Assembly: GCA_019637115.1 (NCBI GenBank)
Contig: JAHBWH010000022.1
Coordinates: forward strand, 762 to 64,761
DNA from: Myxococcales bacterium
GTDB lineage: Bacteria > Myxococcota_A > Polyangia > Polyangiales > Houyiibacteriaceae
Reading direction: 5' to 3'
DNA: 64,000 nucleotides
A model generated the notes under the pieces. The model searched no databases. It was not told where the DNA came from and saw only the letters and a program-made list of their open reading frames with translations. A program made the position numbers and the translations under genes. This document shows positions 42,679 through 62,518 of this stretch, in pieces. Each line of letters begins with the position of its first letter. Within the stretch, counting starts at the first letter, position 1.

Positions 42679-43002
42679 ATGTCGTCCGACCGCCACCGCC
42701 CGCCGCTGCGCCTCCTCCGAGGCGCGCGCGTATCGCGCGACGAGCCACTCGGCGCGAGCGAGGACGTACGCGAAGCGCCCGACCCGCGCCTCGATGGGCT
42801 CCCGGACGTCCGCGACGGCTTGACGCGCGCCGAGCGTGTCGTGCTCTGGCAGCTCCACGAGCTGCAGAAGGAGCGCGGCGATCGCAACGTCCCAACCGCG
42901 ATGCTCTACGGCCGCGTCGTCGAGCACGTCGACATGAGCGTCGACCAGCTGACGCGCATCCTGCAGCGGATGATGGGCAAGCTGCCGACCGGCGGCGGCT
43001 GA
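42679..43002 (+). CDS. Small hypothetical protein (107 aa)
   Basis: ATG 42679 in ORF 42505-43002. Third-position GC bias is strong through LTRAERVVLWQLHELQKERGDRNVPTAMLYGRVVEHVDMSVDQLTRILQRMMG. Confidence 0.45.
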   Translation: MSSDRHRPPLRLLRGARVSRDEPLGASEDVREAPDPRLDGLPDVRDGLTRAERVVLWQLHELQKERGDRNVPTAMLYGRVVEHVDMSVDQLTRILQRMMGKLPTGGG

Positions 43003-43063
43003 GCAGCCCAGCCGGCGGTCCGGGCTCCTCCACGGCCCGAAGGTCGCCTACGTTCTGCCGACG

Positions 43064-44236
43064 GTGAAGCTCGAGCCGAAGCTCCGCGAGGGCTTCTACA
43101 TGGGCCTGTCGAACGCGATCCTCTGGCCGCTCTTGCACGGCTTCGCGACGACGATCGCCGTCGCCGACGCTCCCTGGGACGACTACGTCAAGGCCAACGA
43201 GCGCTTCGCGAAGGCGACGCTCGAGAGCAGCCGCCCCCGCGACCTCGTGTGGATCCAGGACTACCACCTGATGATCGTGCCTGGCCTGCTCCGCAAGGCA
43301 CGCCGTCGGCAACGCATCGGCTGGTTCTGCCACGTGCCGTGGCCGCCTCCCTCGACCTTCGGCATTCTCCCGTGGCGCGAGGCGATCTTGGAGGGGTTGT
43401 TGGGCGCGGACGTGCTCGGCTTCCACACCGAGGAGTACGTCACGGCGTTCCTCGAGTGCGCGCAGACGTACGGCCCCTACGAGGTCGACCTGGACGCGCG
43501 CACCGTCCGCGTTGGCGCACGCACCGTGCGGGTGATCGCCGCGCCGATCGGGATCGCCACGACGGCGCTCGACGCGCTCGCGCGCAGCGAAGAGGTCGAG
43601 GACGAGCTGGTCCGGCTGCGCGCCAAGACCGGGGGACGGCGCATCCTGCTCGGCGTCGATCGGCTCGACTACACCAAAGGAATCATCGAGCGCATGCGCG
43701 CCTTCGATCGCTTCCTCGCGAAGGACAAGAGCGCGCGAGAGCGTGTCCTCTTCGTCCAGATCATGGTCCCGAGCCGCACGGACGTGCAGGCCTACGCCGA
43801 GCTCAAGGACGAGATCGATCGGCTCGTCGGCGACATCAACGGCCGCTACGCGACGACGGGGATCGTTCCGCTCCAATACTTCTATCGGAACTTCAACCAG
43901 CGCCGCCTGCTGGCCCACTACCGCGCCGCCGACGTGGCCGTCGTCACGCCGCTGCGCGACGGCATGAACCTCGTCGCCCACGAATACGTGGCGAGCCGCA
44001 TCCACGAGAACGGCGTGCTGGTGCTCAGCGAGTTCGCCGGGGCGGCGGCGTTCTTCGACGGTCACCCGCTCCTCGTGAACCCCTACGACGTCGACGGAAT
44101 CGCCACCGCGCTCGAGAAGGCCCTCGCCATGCCGGCCACCGAGGCGTCGGCGCGCATGCGCTCTCTCCGCGAGATCGTCCGAGGCTTGGACGTGCAGCGC
44201 TGGGCGGACGGCTTCCTCGAGGCGCTCGAGAGCTGA
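43064..44236 (+). CDS. Trehalose-6-phosphate synthase (GT20), lacking about 60-65 N-terminal residues relative to canonical OtsA
   Basis: [76 protein letters not shown] and NPYD are all GT20 motifs. A GTG start at 43064 is the first possible start after the in-frame TGA at 42971. Confidence 0.85.
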   Translation: MKLEPKLREGFYMGLSNAILWPLLHGFATTIAVADAPWDDYVKANERFAKATLESSRPRDLVWIQDYHLMIVPGLLRKARRRQRIGWFCHVPWPPPSTFGILPWREAILEGLLGADVLGFHTEEYVTAFLECAQTYGPYEVDLDARTVRVGARTVRVIAAPIGIATTALDALARSEEVEDELVRLRAKTGGRRILLGVDRLDYTKGIIERMRAFDRFLAKDKSARERVLFVQIMVPSRTDVQAYAELKDEIDRLVGDINGRYATTGIVPLQYFYRNFNQRRLLAHYRAADVAVVTPLRDGMNLVAHEYVASRIHENGVLVLSEFAGAAAFFDGHPLLVNPYDVDGIATALEKALAMPATEASARMRSLREIVRGLDVQRWADGFLEALES

Positions 44237-44238
44237 GG

Positions 44239-44988
44239 ATGGACCTCTCCGCCCTCCCCCGCCCGCTGCTCGTCGCCCTCGACGTCGACGGCACGCTCGC
44301 GCCGATCGTCGACGATCCCGCGACCGCCCGGATCCCCGACGAGACCCGACGTATCCTGCGACGCCTCGCGCGCCGCGACGACCTCGTCGTCGCGCTCGTC
44401 ACTGGGCGCGACCTCCGAATGCTCGAGCGCATGGCTGGGCGCATGCCCGGGATGTGGCGCGCGGTCGAGCACGGCGCGCGCGTGATCGCCCCCGGAGAAC
44501 GCGCCCACGCGCGGCCCCTCACGGCAGACGAGCGCGCACGGCTCGACGCCTTCGCGAGCTTCGTGCGAGAGAGCCCCGGGCGCCTCGAGCGAAAGCCACG
44601 CGCGGTCGCGCTGCACGTTCGCGGGCTCGACGAGCCCACACAATCCGAATGGCTCGCGCGCGGCGCCGCGCGCGCCAGCGCCCTCGGCCTCGCGCCGCGG
44701 CTCGGGCGCGCGGTCCTGGAGGCCGAGCTCGGGGCCCCAGACGGTGCAGACGGCGTCGCTGGCGTCGCCGACAAGGGCCGCGCGCTCGCGGTCATCCACG
44801 CACGCACGGGCGCTCGCGCGGTCTTCTTCGCCGGCGACGACCTGACGGATCTTCCAGCGATCACGTACGCGCAGAAGCACGGCGTCGGAGCGTTCGTCGA
44901 GAGCCCCGAGCGCACGCCCCCGACGGGCGTCCCCACGCTCGCCTCACCTGCCGCGCTCGGCGACCTGCTCGCCACCCTCTCCGCCTGA
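44239..44988 (+). CDS. otsB: Trehalose-6-phosphate phosphatase (HAD family)
   Basis: LLVALDVDGTLAPIV (DxDGT motif), VTGR, and FFAGDDLTDLPA (the GDD.TD motif). It lies 3 nt downstream of otsA. Confidence 0.8.
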   Translation: MDLSALPRPLLVALDVDGTLAPIVDDPATARIPDETRRILRRLARRDDLVVALVTGRDLRMLERMAGRMPGMWRAVEHGARVIAPGERAHARPLTADERARLDAFASFVRESPGRLERKPRAVALHVRGLDEPTQSEWLARGAARASALGLAPRLGRAVLEAELGAPDGADGVAGVADKGRALAVIHARTGARAVFFAGDDLTDLPAITYAQKHGVGAFVESPERTPPTGVPTLASPAALGDLLATLSA

Positions 44989-45029
44989 GCGCGCCTCACT
45001 CCTTCACTCCCGCGGCGTTCGCGGGCGCA

Positions 45030-45533
45030 TCACCCCCACGGGCTCGCGGCGGCGGGCGGTCCAGCCACGGCGGTAGCTGCCTTCGAGTGTCCCGCATACC
45101 CCTCGAGCTGCTCGACGTTCTCGATGTCGTTGGTCATCTTCACGTATTTGCCGCTCTTCAAGCGGATGTCGACGATGGTGTGCTCCCCCTTCAGGTGCAT
45201 CGAACGACCGCTGCGGTAACGGGTCACCTCCACGTTGTCGATCTCGTCGTAGCGCACCACGACGTCAGCCCGGAGCAGGCGCTTCCACTCGAAGCCCTCG
45301 GTGTGGATGACCAAGGTCTGCTTCCAGCGCGTGAAGAACCAGAAGAGGACACTGCCCAGGACTGGCAGGGCGATCACGAAATAGAGGATCTCGTCCATGT
45401 TCCCCGCGACGATCGCCTTGCCCGCACCGACGATGCTGGCGACGAACATGATCCCCACGACGTACCAACCGAGGCCCCCGGCCGCGAGACGCCCGTGGTG
45501 CTCGCTGATGACCTGTCCGAGTTGCTTGTCCAT
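45030..45533 (-). CDS. Membrane protein with a C-terminal PH-like (bPH/YdbT-like) region, hypothetical (167 aa)
   Basis: Two transmembrane segments (GLGWYVVGIMFVASIVGAG, ILYFVIALPVLGSVLFWFF), then VIHTEGFEWKRLLRADVVVRYDEIDNVEV. ATG at 45531-45533. Confidence 0.55.
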   Translation of the reverse strand: MDKQLGQVISEHHGRLAAGGLGWYVVGIMFVASIVGAGKAIVAGNMDEILYFVIALPVLGSVLFWFFTRWKQTLVIHTEGFEWKRLLRADVVVRYDEIDNVEVTRYRSGRSMHLKGEHTIVDIRLKSGKYVKMTNDIENVEQLEGYAGHSKAATAVAGPPAAASPWG

Positions 45534-45534
45534 C

Positions 45535-46314
45535 TCAACCTTCCTGTAACGCGACCAAGAGAACGTAACCGAGGGACGAGAGCAAGATGGCTCCGCCCAT
45601 ACCCACGGCGAAGCCGAGGTATGACATCCGCAACATTCGCTGTTGGGCGAGGTCGAGCCTGGCCGCGACGCCCGCGGCGCGGGCCCGATGTACTTCGAGC
45701 TCGCGGGCGAGATCCTCTGCGCGCCGAGTTGCGATCTGAGCCGTAACCAGGTTGGGAGCGCTGCAGTAGCGGCAAGGAACGAATGCGCCAGAGGGCCCTG
45801 CCGGGAGGTCGCCGCCGCACACGCGGCACCGCATCCGAGCGCCTGATCGGCTCGGTGGAAAGGCCAAGAACGCAGGTCGCATCTCCCGCCGATAACCGAT
45901 GAGGCCGAGGAGCGACCCACCGAAAACCGCGGCCATGACGCTGAAGGAGATGAGCGGCCCGAGGCTGGAGGTGAGCACGCGGCTAGCATCGAACGGCCCC
46001 TCGAAGGCAGCAGGCAGCTGCACGAGGCAGGAGAGCGCGCACACGATCACGACCATGGGAAGCGCGACGAACTTGTATTGCTCGATCGCGGTCGCTATGG
46101 CGACGGCGGCTGCCTCGGAGTTCTGCTGCGACCAACGAAGCTGCGCGAGGCGCCGGCGCAACGAGAGCACCCGCTCGCCTTGGTCGGCGGGCAGAGTCTC
46201 CGTGTCGCCACAGAACCCGCAGCGCATCCGTACCTCGTTGTAGAGATCCGCTGAATTGGCTTCCTCCATGGCCGCGCCGCAGCGACGGCACGGGACGGGT
46301 ACCCCCTGCTCCAT
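45535..46314 (-). CDS. Membrane protein with two zinc-ribbon motifs, hypothetical (259 aa)
   Basis: CRRCGA...CGFCG near the N-terminus, CRVCGG...CRYCS in the middle, and transmembrane segments in between. It lies 1 nt upstream of the next gene. Confidence 0.6.
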   Translation of the reverse strand: MEQGVPVPCRRCGAAMEEANSADLYNEVRMRCGFCGDTETLPADQGERVLSLRRRLAQLRWSQQNSEAAAVAIATAIEQYKFVALPMVVIVCALSCLVQLPAAFEGPFDASRVLTSSLGPLISFSVMAAVFGGSLLGLIGYRREMRPAFLAFPPSRSGARMRCRVCGGDLPAGPSGAFVPCRYCSAPNLVTAQIATRRAEDLARELEVHRARAAGVAARLDLAQQRMLRMSYLGFAVGMGGAILLSSLGYVLLVALQEG

Positions 46315-46322
46315 CTAGCCGC

Positions 46323-47030
46323 TCAGGCGGCGCCGTGCGCGGCAGCCGCCTGCTCGATGTTCTTGGCCATCGCGTCCAGGATGAACTGGATCTGATCGGC
46401 GATGCCCACGTAGGTCGCGGTCATCTTGGTGCAGTGAAACATCAACTTGTCGCCCTCTCCGTGGATGTGCACCCAGCCCCACCCGATGACACCGCGGAGG
46501 GGCTCCGTGATGACCGGTGCCATGCGCGGATCGGCGGTCTTGAGGACCAAGAACCCATCCAGGGCCGGATCCCCGAAGGGCGTCGGAGGCGCGCTGAGCT
46601 TGGGCTTCAACTCACTCGCGAAGTACTTGGGATCCTTGAGGACGACCTCGAACGCCGGGAAAGGACTACGTACCTGCACCGCCACGTGAGCGGTGAGCCA
46701 CGAGGTGATCGTGTTGCTGGTGAGCCCGTGATCGACCTTGACCCGCTCGTAGTACTCCACCTCGGTGAAGCGGCCGCCGGGTGCCCCCTCGAGGCGCACG
46801 TGGACCTCGGGCATCTCCCCTCCGACCGTCGTATTGAGGGCACGCGCGAACATGAGGTTGGTCATTGGGTCGCCCTGAACCACCTCGAGGCCCATTCGCT
46901 GCGCGAGCTCGCCAGCGCGCGCGTTGGCGTTGTTCGCTTCAGCGGCGGCCATCCGCTTCTTGTTGAAGAAGTAGAAGAAGGCCACGAGGCCAAACGCGAG
47001 GGGAATCATGACGAGCGGCAGAATGGGCAT
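46323..47030 (-). CDS. Membrane-anchored hypothetical protein (235 aa)
   Basis: MPILPLVMIPLAFGLVAFFYFF transmembrane segment, with ATG at 47028-47030 in ORF 46323-47102. Confidence 0.6.
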   Translation of the reverse strand: MPILPLVMIPLAFGLVAFFYFFNKKRMAAAEANNANARAGELAQRMGLEVVQGDPMTNLMFARALNTTVGGEMPEVHVRLEGAPGGRFTEVEYYERVKVDHGLTSNTITSWLTAHVAVQVRSPFPAFEVVLKDPKYFASELKPKLSAPPTPFGDPALDGFLVLKTADPRMAPVITEPLRGVIGWGWVHIHGEGDKLMFHCTKMTATYVGIADQIQFILDAMAKNIEQAAAAHGAA

Positions 47031-47633
47031 GATCGGGAGATAGCACGGTCGATCGTCTCGGCGGAAGCCCAGATCGGCAGCACCTGGAGTCCCGTGACAC
47101 ATCCGTAGGACATGCGAGCCTTGGCAACGGAGGCAATGGCGCAGAGACCGCTGGCGACACTCGATTCAAGCACCGATAATCGTTCGTGATCAGAGGTCAC
47201 GCCCGCGCTTTTACGGCATACCAAGCGAAACAGATTCGCAAAAATTGCGTTGATGTACGCGAGGAGCTTCTCGACGCGAATCTCGGGATCATCCCCCGCG
47301 AGGGACGTTCCATCACGACGGCGGTCGACGCCTCGCGCCGACACCAGAGGGTCGCGCTATCCGGCTCTCCGTGGGGCTTGCCATCATCGATGTTCGGCGC
47401 AGCGACCCTCCCACGATCGCGGCGTCCGGATCGCTGAAGCTCATCTGCGGCGGCGCCCTCGATCTCGGCGCCACGTCTGCCCGCGTTTCGCCTCCGCACC
47501 GCGTCTTGACCGTGTTTCGCTCCGCCCCGGGGTGAAACGCAAGAGCGACGTGGGCGACGCGCGGCGGCTGCGCCACGTGGCTCCACTTCCTGAGACGGGA
47601 GCGACGCAGCTCGTCGCTCTGCTCGACGGAAAG

Positions 47634-47663
47634 CAGCAGGGCGGCCCGAAGGCCGCCCTGCTG
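47634..47663 (-). terminator. Strong hairpin CAGCAGGGCGGCC-cgaa-GGCCGCCCTGCTG, 24 nt downstream of the sucA stop
   Basis: Perfect 13-bp stem and 4-nt loop, read directly. Confidence 0.7.
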
Positions 47664-47686
47664 AGACAGTCTGGCCGACGAGTCCG

Positions 47687-50590
47687 TCAGCCCAGGGCTT
47701 CGTCGAGCAGGCGGCTCTGCTCGAGCCGGTGCGCCGCGTTCGAGCCGGTCGCCGGGCTCGCGCTCTCGGCGCGCGAGACGCAGCGCAGGTCGCGCTTGCC
47801 GAAGAGGTCGGCGCCGCGCGCGCGCATGTAGAACCACGCGCCCATGTTCCAGGGCTCCTCTTGGACCCAGAAGAGCTCGGCTTTCTTCGGGAAGGGCTCG
47901 AGCGCCGCCTGCACGTCCTCCGCGCGGAGCGGGTAGAGCTGCTCGATGCGCACGATCGCGATGTCCGTGATGCCGCGCTTCTCGCGCTCCTCGAGCAGGT
48001 CGAAGTAGACCTTGCCCGAGCAGAAGAGCACGCGTCGGACGCTCTTCTCCGCGATCTCGGGGCTCGTGTCCGGGATGACCCGCTGGAACTTCCCGGTCGC
48101 GAGGTCGTCGAGCGTCGAGACCGCGCGCCGATGACGGAGCAGGCTCTTCGGCGTCATCACGACGAGCGGCTTGCGCCAGGGCCGGACCACCTGCCGCCGG
48201 AGACAGTGGAAAATTTGCGCCGGCGTCGTGAGGTTGACGACCTGCATGTTGTCCTCGGCGCAGAGGCCGAGGAAGCGCTCGAGGCGCGCCGAGCTGTGCT
48301 CGGGCCCCATACCCTCGAAGGCGTGCGGCAAGAGCAGGACGAGCCCGCTGAGCCGATGCCATTTGTCCTCCGACGACGAGATGAACTGGTCGATGATGAC
48401 CTGCGCCCCGTTCACGAAGTCGCCGAACTGCGCCTCCCACATCACGAGCGCGTCGGGGCTGTCGAGCGAGTAGCCCCACTCGAAGCCGAGCACGCCCGCC
48501 TCGCTGAGCGGGCTGTCGTAGATCTCGAGCCGCCCCTGATCGTCGGTGAGGTGCCCGAGCCGGGTGAAGCGGCGGCCGGTGTTCACGTCGTAGATGACGG
48601 CGTGGCGGTGGCTGAAGGTGCCGCGGCGGACGTCCTGGCCGGTCAGGCGCATCTGCACGCCGTCGGCGAGCAGCGAGGCCATCGCGAGGTTCTCCGCCGT
48701 ACCCCAGTCGACGTCGACGCCGGTCTCGAGGATCTGGCGCTGCTTGTCGAGCAGGAAGCGCCGAAGCCGGCTGTGCGGGGTGAACCACTCGGGCGTGACG
48801 GTCAGGCGATCGAGCAGCATCGTCAGCCGCTTCATCGGCACCGCCGTCTCGACCTCCGGGACGTCGCGGTCACTCCCGCCGACGTAGCCCTCCCAGAGCC
48901 CCTTCATCGACACCGGCAAGAGCGCGTAGTCGCCCGTGCGCGACTCGTCGAGCGCCGCCTCGAGGTCGGCGTGGCGGCGCTTCTCGATCTCCTGCGCGTC
49001 CGCGCGATCGATCGCGCCGAGCTCGACGAGGTGATCGATGTAGATCTCCCGGACGGTCTTCTTCTTGTCGATCGCGGCGTACATCAGCGGCTGCGTGAAG
49101 CGCGGCTCGTCGCCCTCGTTGTGGCCGTATTTGCGGTAGCAGTAGAGGTCGATGACCACGTCGCGGTGGAAGCGCTGCCGGTACTCGACGGCGAGCTGCA
49201 CCACCTGGGCGACGGCCTCGGGGTCCTCCCCGTTCACGTGGAAGACCGGGCACCGGAGCATGCGCGTGATGTCCGTGCAGTAGCGCGTGCTCCGCGAGTC
49301 CTCCGGGTTCGTCGTGAAGCCGACCTGGTTGTTGATGACGACGTGGATCGTGCCGCCGGTGGCGTAGGCCGTGACCTCGCTCAGGTTCAGCGTCTCCGCG
49401 ACGATGCCCTGCCCCACGAAGGCGGCGTCGCCGTGGATGAGCAGCGGGAGCACGTGCGTGCGCTCGACGTCACCACGCCGGTCCTGCTTGGCGCGCACGC
49501 GGCCCTCGACGACCGGGTTCACGAACTCGAGGTGGCTCGGGTTGAAGGTGAGCGTGATGTGGACGTTGTGCCCGGCCGAGGTGGTGCGATCGATCGAGTA
49601 CCCGAGGTGGTACTTCACGTCGCCGCCGCCGAGGTGCAGCTCGGGGTTGTCGTCGTCGAAGCCCGCGAAGATGTCGCGGACGTTCATCTCCATGATGTTG
49701 ACCATCACGTTGAGGCGGCCGCGGTGCGCCATGCCGAGGACGATCTCATCCACGCCGAGCTCGGCCGAGCGCTCGACGAGCAGGTCGAGCATCGGGATGA
49801 CGCTCTCGCCGCCCTCCACGCTGAAGCGCTTCGCGCCGATGAACTTCGTATGCAGGAACTGCTCGAAGATCTCCGCGTCGGTCAGCTTCGTGAGGATGCG
49901 GAGCTGCTCGTCGCGGCTGAGCTCGATGCGGTTCTTCGTCGACTCCATGCGCGACTGGAGCCACGTCCGCGCCTCGCGGTCCTCGAGGAAGGTGAACTCG
50001 ACGCCGATGGTCCGCGTGTAGGTCTGCGCGAGCCGGTCGAGGATCTCGCGCAGGGTTGCGGTCGACGGGCCCGCGAGGTCGCCCGTCGAGAAGACCGTCT
50101 CCGGGTCGACCGACGCCAGGCCGTAGCGCTCGAGGAAGAGCTCGTCGGCGTCGGGGCGAGGCTGGAGCTGGAGCGGATCGAGGTCCGCGTAGAGGTGGCC
50201 TCGGACGCGGTAGGCGTTGGTGAGCGCCGCGACGCGCGCCTGAAGCTCGGTCGCGGTCATCACCTCAGCCGAGGGAGGGAACGCCGTCGTCCGCGGCGCC
50301 CCCCGGCGCTCGACGAAGGGCACGTCCTCGGCGGTCGGTGGGAGCTTGTAGACCCCCGAGAGCTCGCTCGGGATCGGCGCGCTGGCGGGGACCTTCCCGT
50401 TGCCACCGTTCGTCGGGGCGTGCTCGACGGGCGCCGGCACGACCCCCGCCGAGGTCAGCTGCGGGAGGTCGGCGGGAGCGAGGCCTTCGAAGAAGCGCCG
50501 CCACGACTCGTCGACCGAGTGAGGGTTACCAGCCCAGCGGAGGAACATCTCCTCCACGAGCCCCTGATTCACACCGAAGTCTTGGGACAT
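47687..50590 (-). CDS. sucA: 2-oxoglutarate dehydrogenase E1 component
   Basis: 967 aa. Typical OGDH E1 sequence (FLRWAGNPHSVDESW, RVRGHLYADLDPL, AKRFSVEGGES, LGMAHRGRLNV, HGDAAFVGQG, GGTIHVVINNQVGFTT, HNEGDEP, QFGDF.NGAQ, LLLPHAFEGMGPEHSSAR). Confidence 0.95.
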   Translation of the reverse strand: MSQDFGVNQGLVEEMFLRWAGNPHSVDESWRRFFEGLAPADLPQLTSAGVVPAPVEHAPTNGGNGKVPASAPIPSELSGVYKLPPTAEDVPFVERRGAPRTTAFPPSAEVMTATELQARVAALTNAYRVRGHLYADLDPLQLQPRPDADELFLERYGLASVDPETVFSTGDLAGPSTATLREILDRLAQTYTRTIGVEFTFLEDREARTWLQSRMESTKNRIELSRDEQLRILTKLTDAEIFEQFLHTKFIGAKRFSVEGGESVIPMLDLLVERSAELGVDEIVLGMAHRGRLNVMVNIMEMNVRDIFAGFDDDNPELHLGGGDVKYHLGYSIDRTTSAGHNVHITLTFNPSHLEFVNPVVEGRVRAKQDRRGDVERTHVLPLLIHGDAAFVGQGIVAETLNLSEVTAYATGGTIHVVINNQVGFTTNPEDSRSTRYCTDITRMLRCPVFHVNGEDPEAVAQVVQLAVEYRQRFHRDVVIDLYCYRKYGHNEGDEPRFTQPLMYAAIDKKKTVREIYIDHLVELGAIDRADAQEIEKRRHADLEAALDESRTGDYALLPVSMKGLWEGYVGGSDRDVPEVETAVPMKRLTMLLDRLTVTPEWFTPHSRLRRFLLDKQRQILETGVDVDWGTAENLAMASLLADGVQMRLTGQDVRRGTFSHRHAVIYDVNTGRRFTRLGHLTDDQGRLEIYDSPLSEAGVLGFEWGYSLDSPDALVMWEAQFGDFVNGAQVIIDQFISSSEDKWHRLSGLVLLLPHAFEGMGPEHSSARLERFLGLCAEDNMQVVNLTTPAQIFHCLRRQVVRPWRKPLVVMTPKSLLRHRRAVSTLDDLATGKFQRVIPDTSPEIAEKSVRRVLFCSGKVYFDLLEEREKRGITDIAIVRIEQLYPLRAEDVQAALEPFPKKAELFWVQEEPWNMGAWFYMRARGADLFGKRDLRCVSRAESASPATGSNAAHRLEQSRLLDEALG

Positions 50591-50925
50591 GAGGTACGCA
50601 GTGGGGGTTGCGCCGTGTCGGCGGACGCTACGTGAGCGACAAGCGGGCGACGCGAGGGTCCTCGCGCCGGGGCCGCTAGGTTACCTCATGGTGGGCGGCG
50701 CGCAGCCGGAAGCGTCACCGTGGGGCACGCCCGCGAGCCGATTCTCGGCTTCGTTTCTTTTGAGGGCCCCCGCATGGGGCGTCGAGCCACGGGGCTTCCT
50801 CCGAGACCCCGGGACCCGGCCCGATTGCGGGACCCATGGAGCGAGCCGATGGCGCCGAATCCGCACCCGCGCCCGAGCACCAGGCACGCTGATGCCGCTC
50901 ATGCCGCGGCGGCCAGCGCCCCGAG

Positions 50926-52587
<1,662 letters not shown>

Positions 52588-52738
52588 GCGCGCGAGTATG
52601 AGCACGGACTCGCGCGCAGGTCGACCGTGAGAAGACCCACCCAATGATGACTCATTCGAGAGTCACCATCGGGTGACAGGGTGGGCAAAATGGACCGCGC
52701 AACATTCGCGTGACAGGTGGCCGAACGGCGACCCCCGA

Positions 52739-56893
<4,155 letters not shown>

Positions 56894-57005
56894 GACGCCT
56901 TCACCAATGACCCCGAGCGCGGGGTCTCAAAACATTGGAATGGAAAACCGAGGGATGGGAGGGCCGACGCCGCGGCGCGAGGACGATCCCCGCGCCGCGC
57001 GCGAC

Positions 57006-61148
<4,143 letters not shown>

Positions 61149-61272
61149 GTGGTGGGGTCCTAGCAGGGAGAGGGGGTCGCGGAAGTCGCGGGTAGGCGAA
61201 GTGAAGCTTTGGATGGAGGTGCCGGGGCCGAAGCCCCAGCGGGGTCGCCGGCCAGGCCGACGGAAGCACGTC

Positions 61273-61300
61273 GAGGGGCACCGGCTTTGCCGGGCCCCTC
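61273..61300 (-). terminator. Imperfect hairpin (GAGGGGCACCGGC-ttt-GCCGGGCCCCTC) in the rplL-rpoB spacer; candidate attenuator
   Basis: Read directly. An attenuator/partial terminator between rplL and rpoB is well known in other bacteria. Confidence 0.4.
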
Positions 61301-61449
61301 AGCGTGTCAGGTCCAGTGCGTGATGCGCTTCCATCCGGAGCGCGTGGAGGGCGCCCCCCATCGCGGCGCAGAAGCTAGCGCCAAAGCGCGCGGCGTCCAA
61401 CTGAACGACGCATTCACGATGGGGGTCGGTACGCAAGGACCGTTTGGGC

Positions 61450-61833
61450 TCACTTGATGGTGACCTTGGCGCCCGCTTCCTCGAGCTTCTTCTTGATGTC
61501 CTCGGCCTCGGCCTTCGGGATGCCCTCCTTGACGAGCTTGGGGGCTTCCTCGACGAGCTTCTTCGCCTCGGCGAGGCCGAGGCTGGTCAGCTCGCGCACG
61601 ACCTTGATGACCTTGATCTTCTGCGCGCCGCCGTCGCTGAGCTCGACGTCGAACTCGGTCTTCTCTTCCTCGGGCGCGGCAGCCGCGCCGGCGGGGGCAG
61701 CCGCAACGGCCACGGCCGCGGGGGCTGCGCTGACGCCCCACTTCTCCTCGAGCGCCTTCACGAGGTTCGCCACGTCCATGACGGTCCAGGTGCTGAGCTC
61801 GTCGACCATCTGCTCGATGTTCATGTTCGCCAT
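61450..61833 (-). CDS. rplL: 50S ribosomal protein L7/L12
   Basis: 127 aa: [37 protein letters not shown]...[46 protein letters not shown]. Confidence 0.97.
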   Translation of the reverse strand: MANMNIEQMVDELSTWTVMDVANLVKALEEKWGVSAAPAAVAVAAAPAGAAAAPEEEKTEFDVELSDGGAQKIKVIKVVRELTSLGLAEAKKLVEEAPKLVKEGIPKAEAEDIKKKLEEAGAKVTIK

Positions 61834-61947
61834 CTGAAATTCTCCGGATACGGGCCGCAGGATGGTGTTTCGAAGGTGCCGATCGCTGCGGGAAGTTGGT
61901 TGGGGTTGATGAATGAAAGTTCGGATTGGGTGCGGGCGAGCGGGAGC

Positions 61948-62517
61948 TCAGCCCTCTTCCTGCTTGCGCTTGAACGCGTCGAGGACGTAGGCGAGGTTCT
62001 GACCCGGCGCCGCGAGCTGGGCGACGAGGTTCTGGGCGGGCGCGAGGAGGGTCGCGAGGAGCTGGGCGCGGATCTCGTCCTTGCCCGGCATCGAGGCCAA
62101 GGTGGTCTCCACCTCGGCGCCATCGAGGACGTTCGAGTCGAGGAGCGCCGCCTTCGGCAACAGCTTCTCGGGCTCGTCCTTCTTCGCGAGGACGTCCTTC
62201 TTGTCCTTGCGGAAGTCCCGGATGACCTTCGCGGCCTGCGAGGGATCCTCGAAGGACCACGCCACGCCCGTCATGCCCGCGAGGGACTTGTCGAGCTTCG
62301 CGTTGCCCTCGAGCGGGGTACCCTCGAGCGCCTTGCGGATCAGGTTGTTCTTGATGACGCGGTACTCGATGCCAGCCTTGCGGAACGCAACGCGGAGCTC
62401 CGAGATGGTCGCGACGTCGACGCCACGGAAATCGAGGAAGACCGTGGAGACGGCTTTCTCGAACGACTCGCGGATCGACAGGACCTGCGCCTTCTTCTGT
62501 TCGGGGTTCAACGGCAT
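61948..62517 (-). CDS. rplJ: 50S ribosomal protein L10
   Basis: 189 aa: VFLDFRGVDVATISELRVAFRKAGIEYRVIKNNLIRKAL. It sits between rplA and rplL. Confidence 0.95.
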   Translation of the reverse strand: MPLNPEQKKAQVLSIRESFEKAVSTVFLDFRGVDVATISELRVAFRKAGIEYRVIKNNLIRKALEGTPLEGNAKLDKSLAGMTGVAWSFEDPSQAAKVIRDFRKDKKDVLAKKDEPEKLLPKAALLDSNVLDGAEVETTLASMPGKDEIRAQLLATLLAPAQNLVAQLAAPGQNLAYVLDAFKRKQEEG

Positions 62518-62518
62518 G

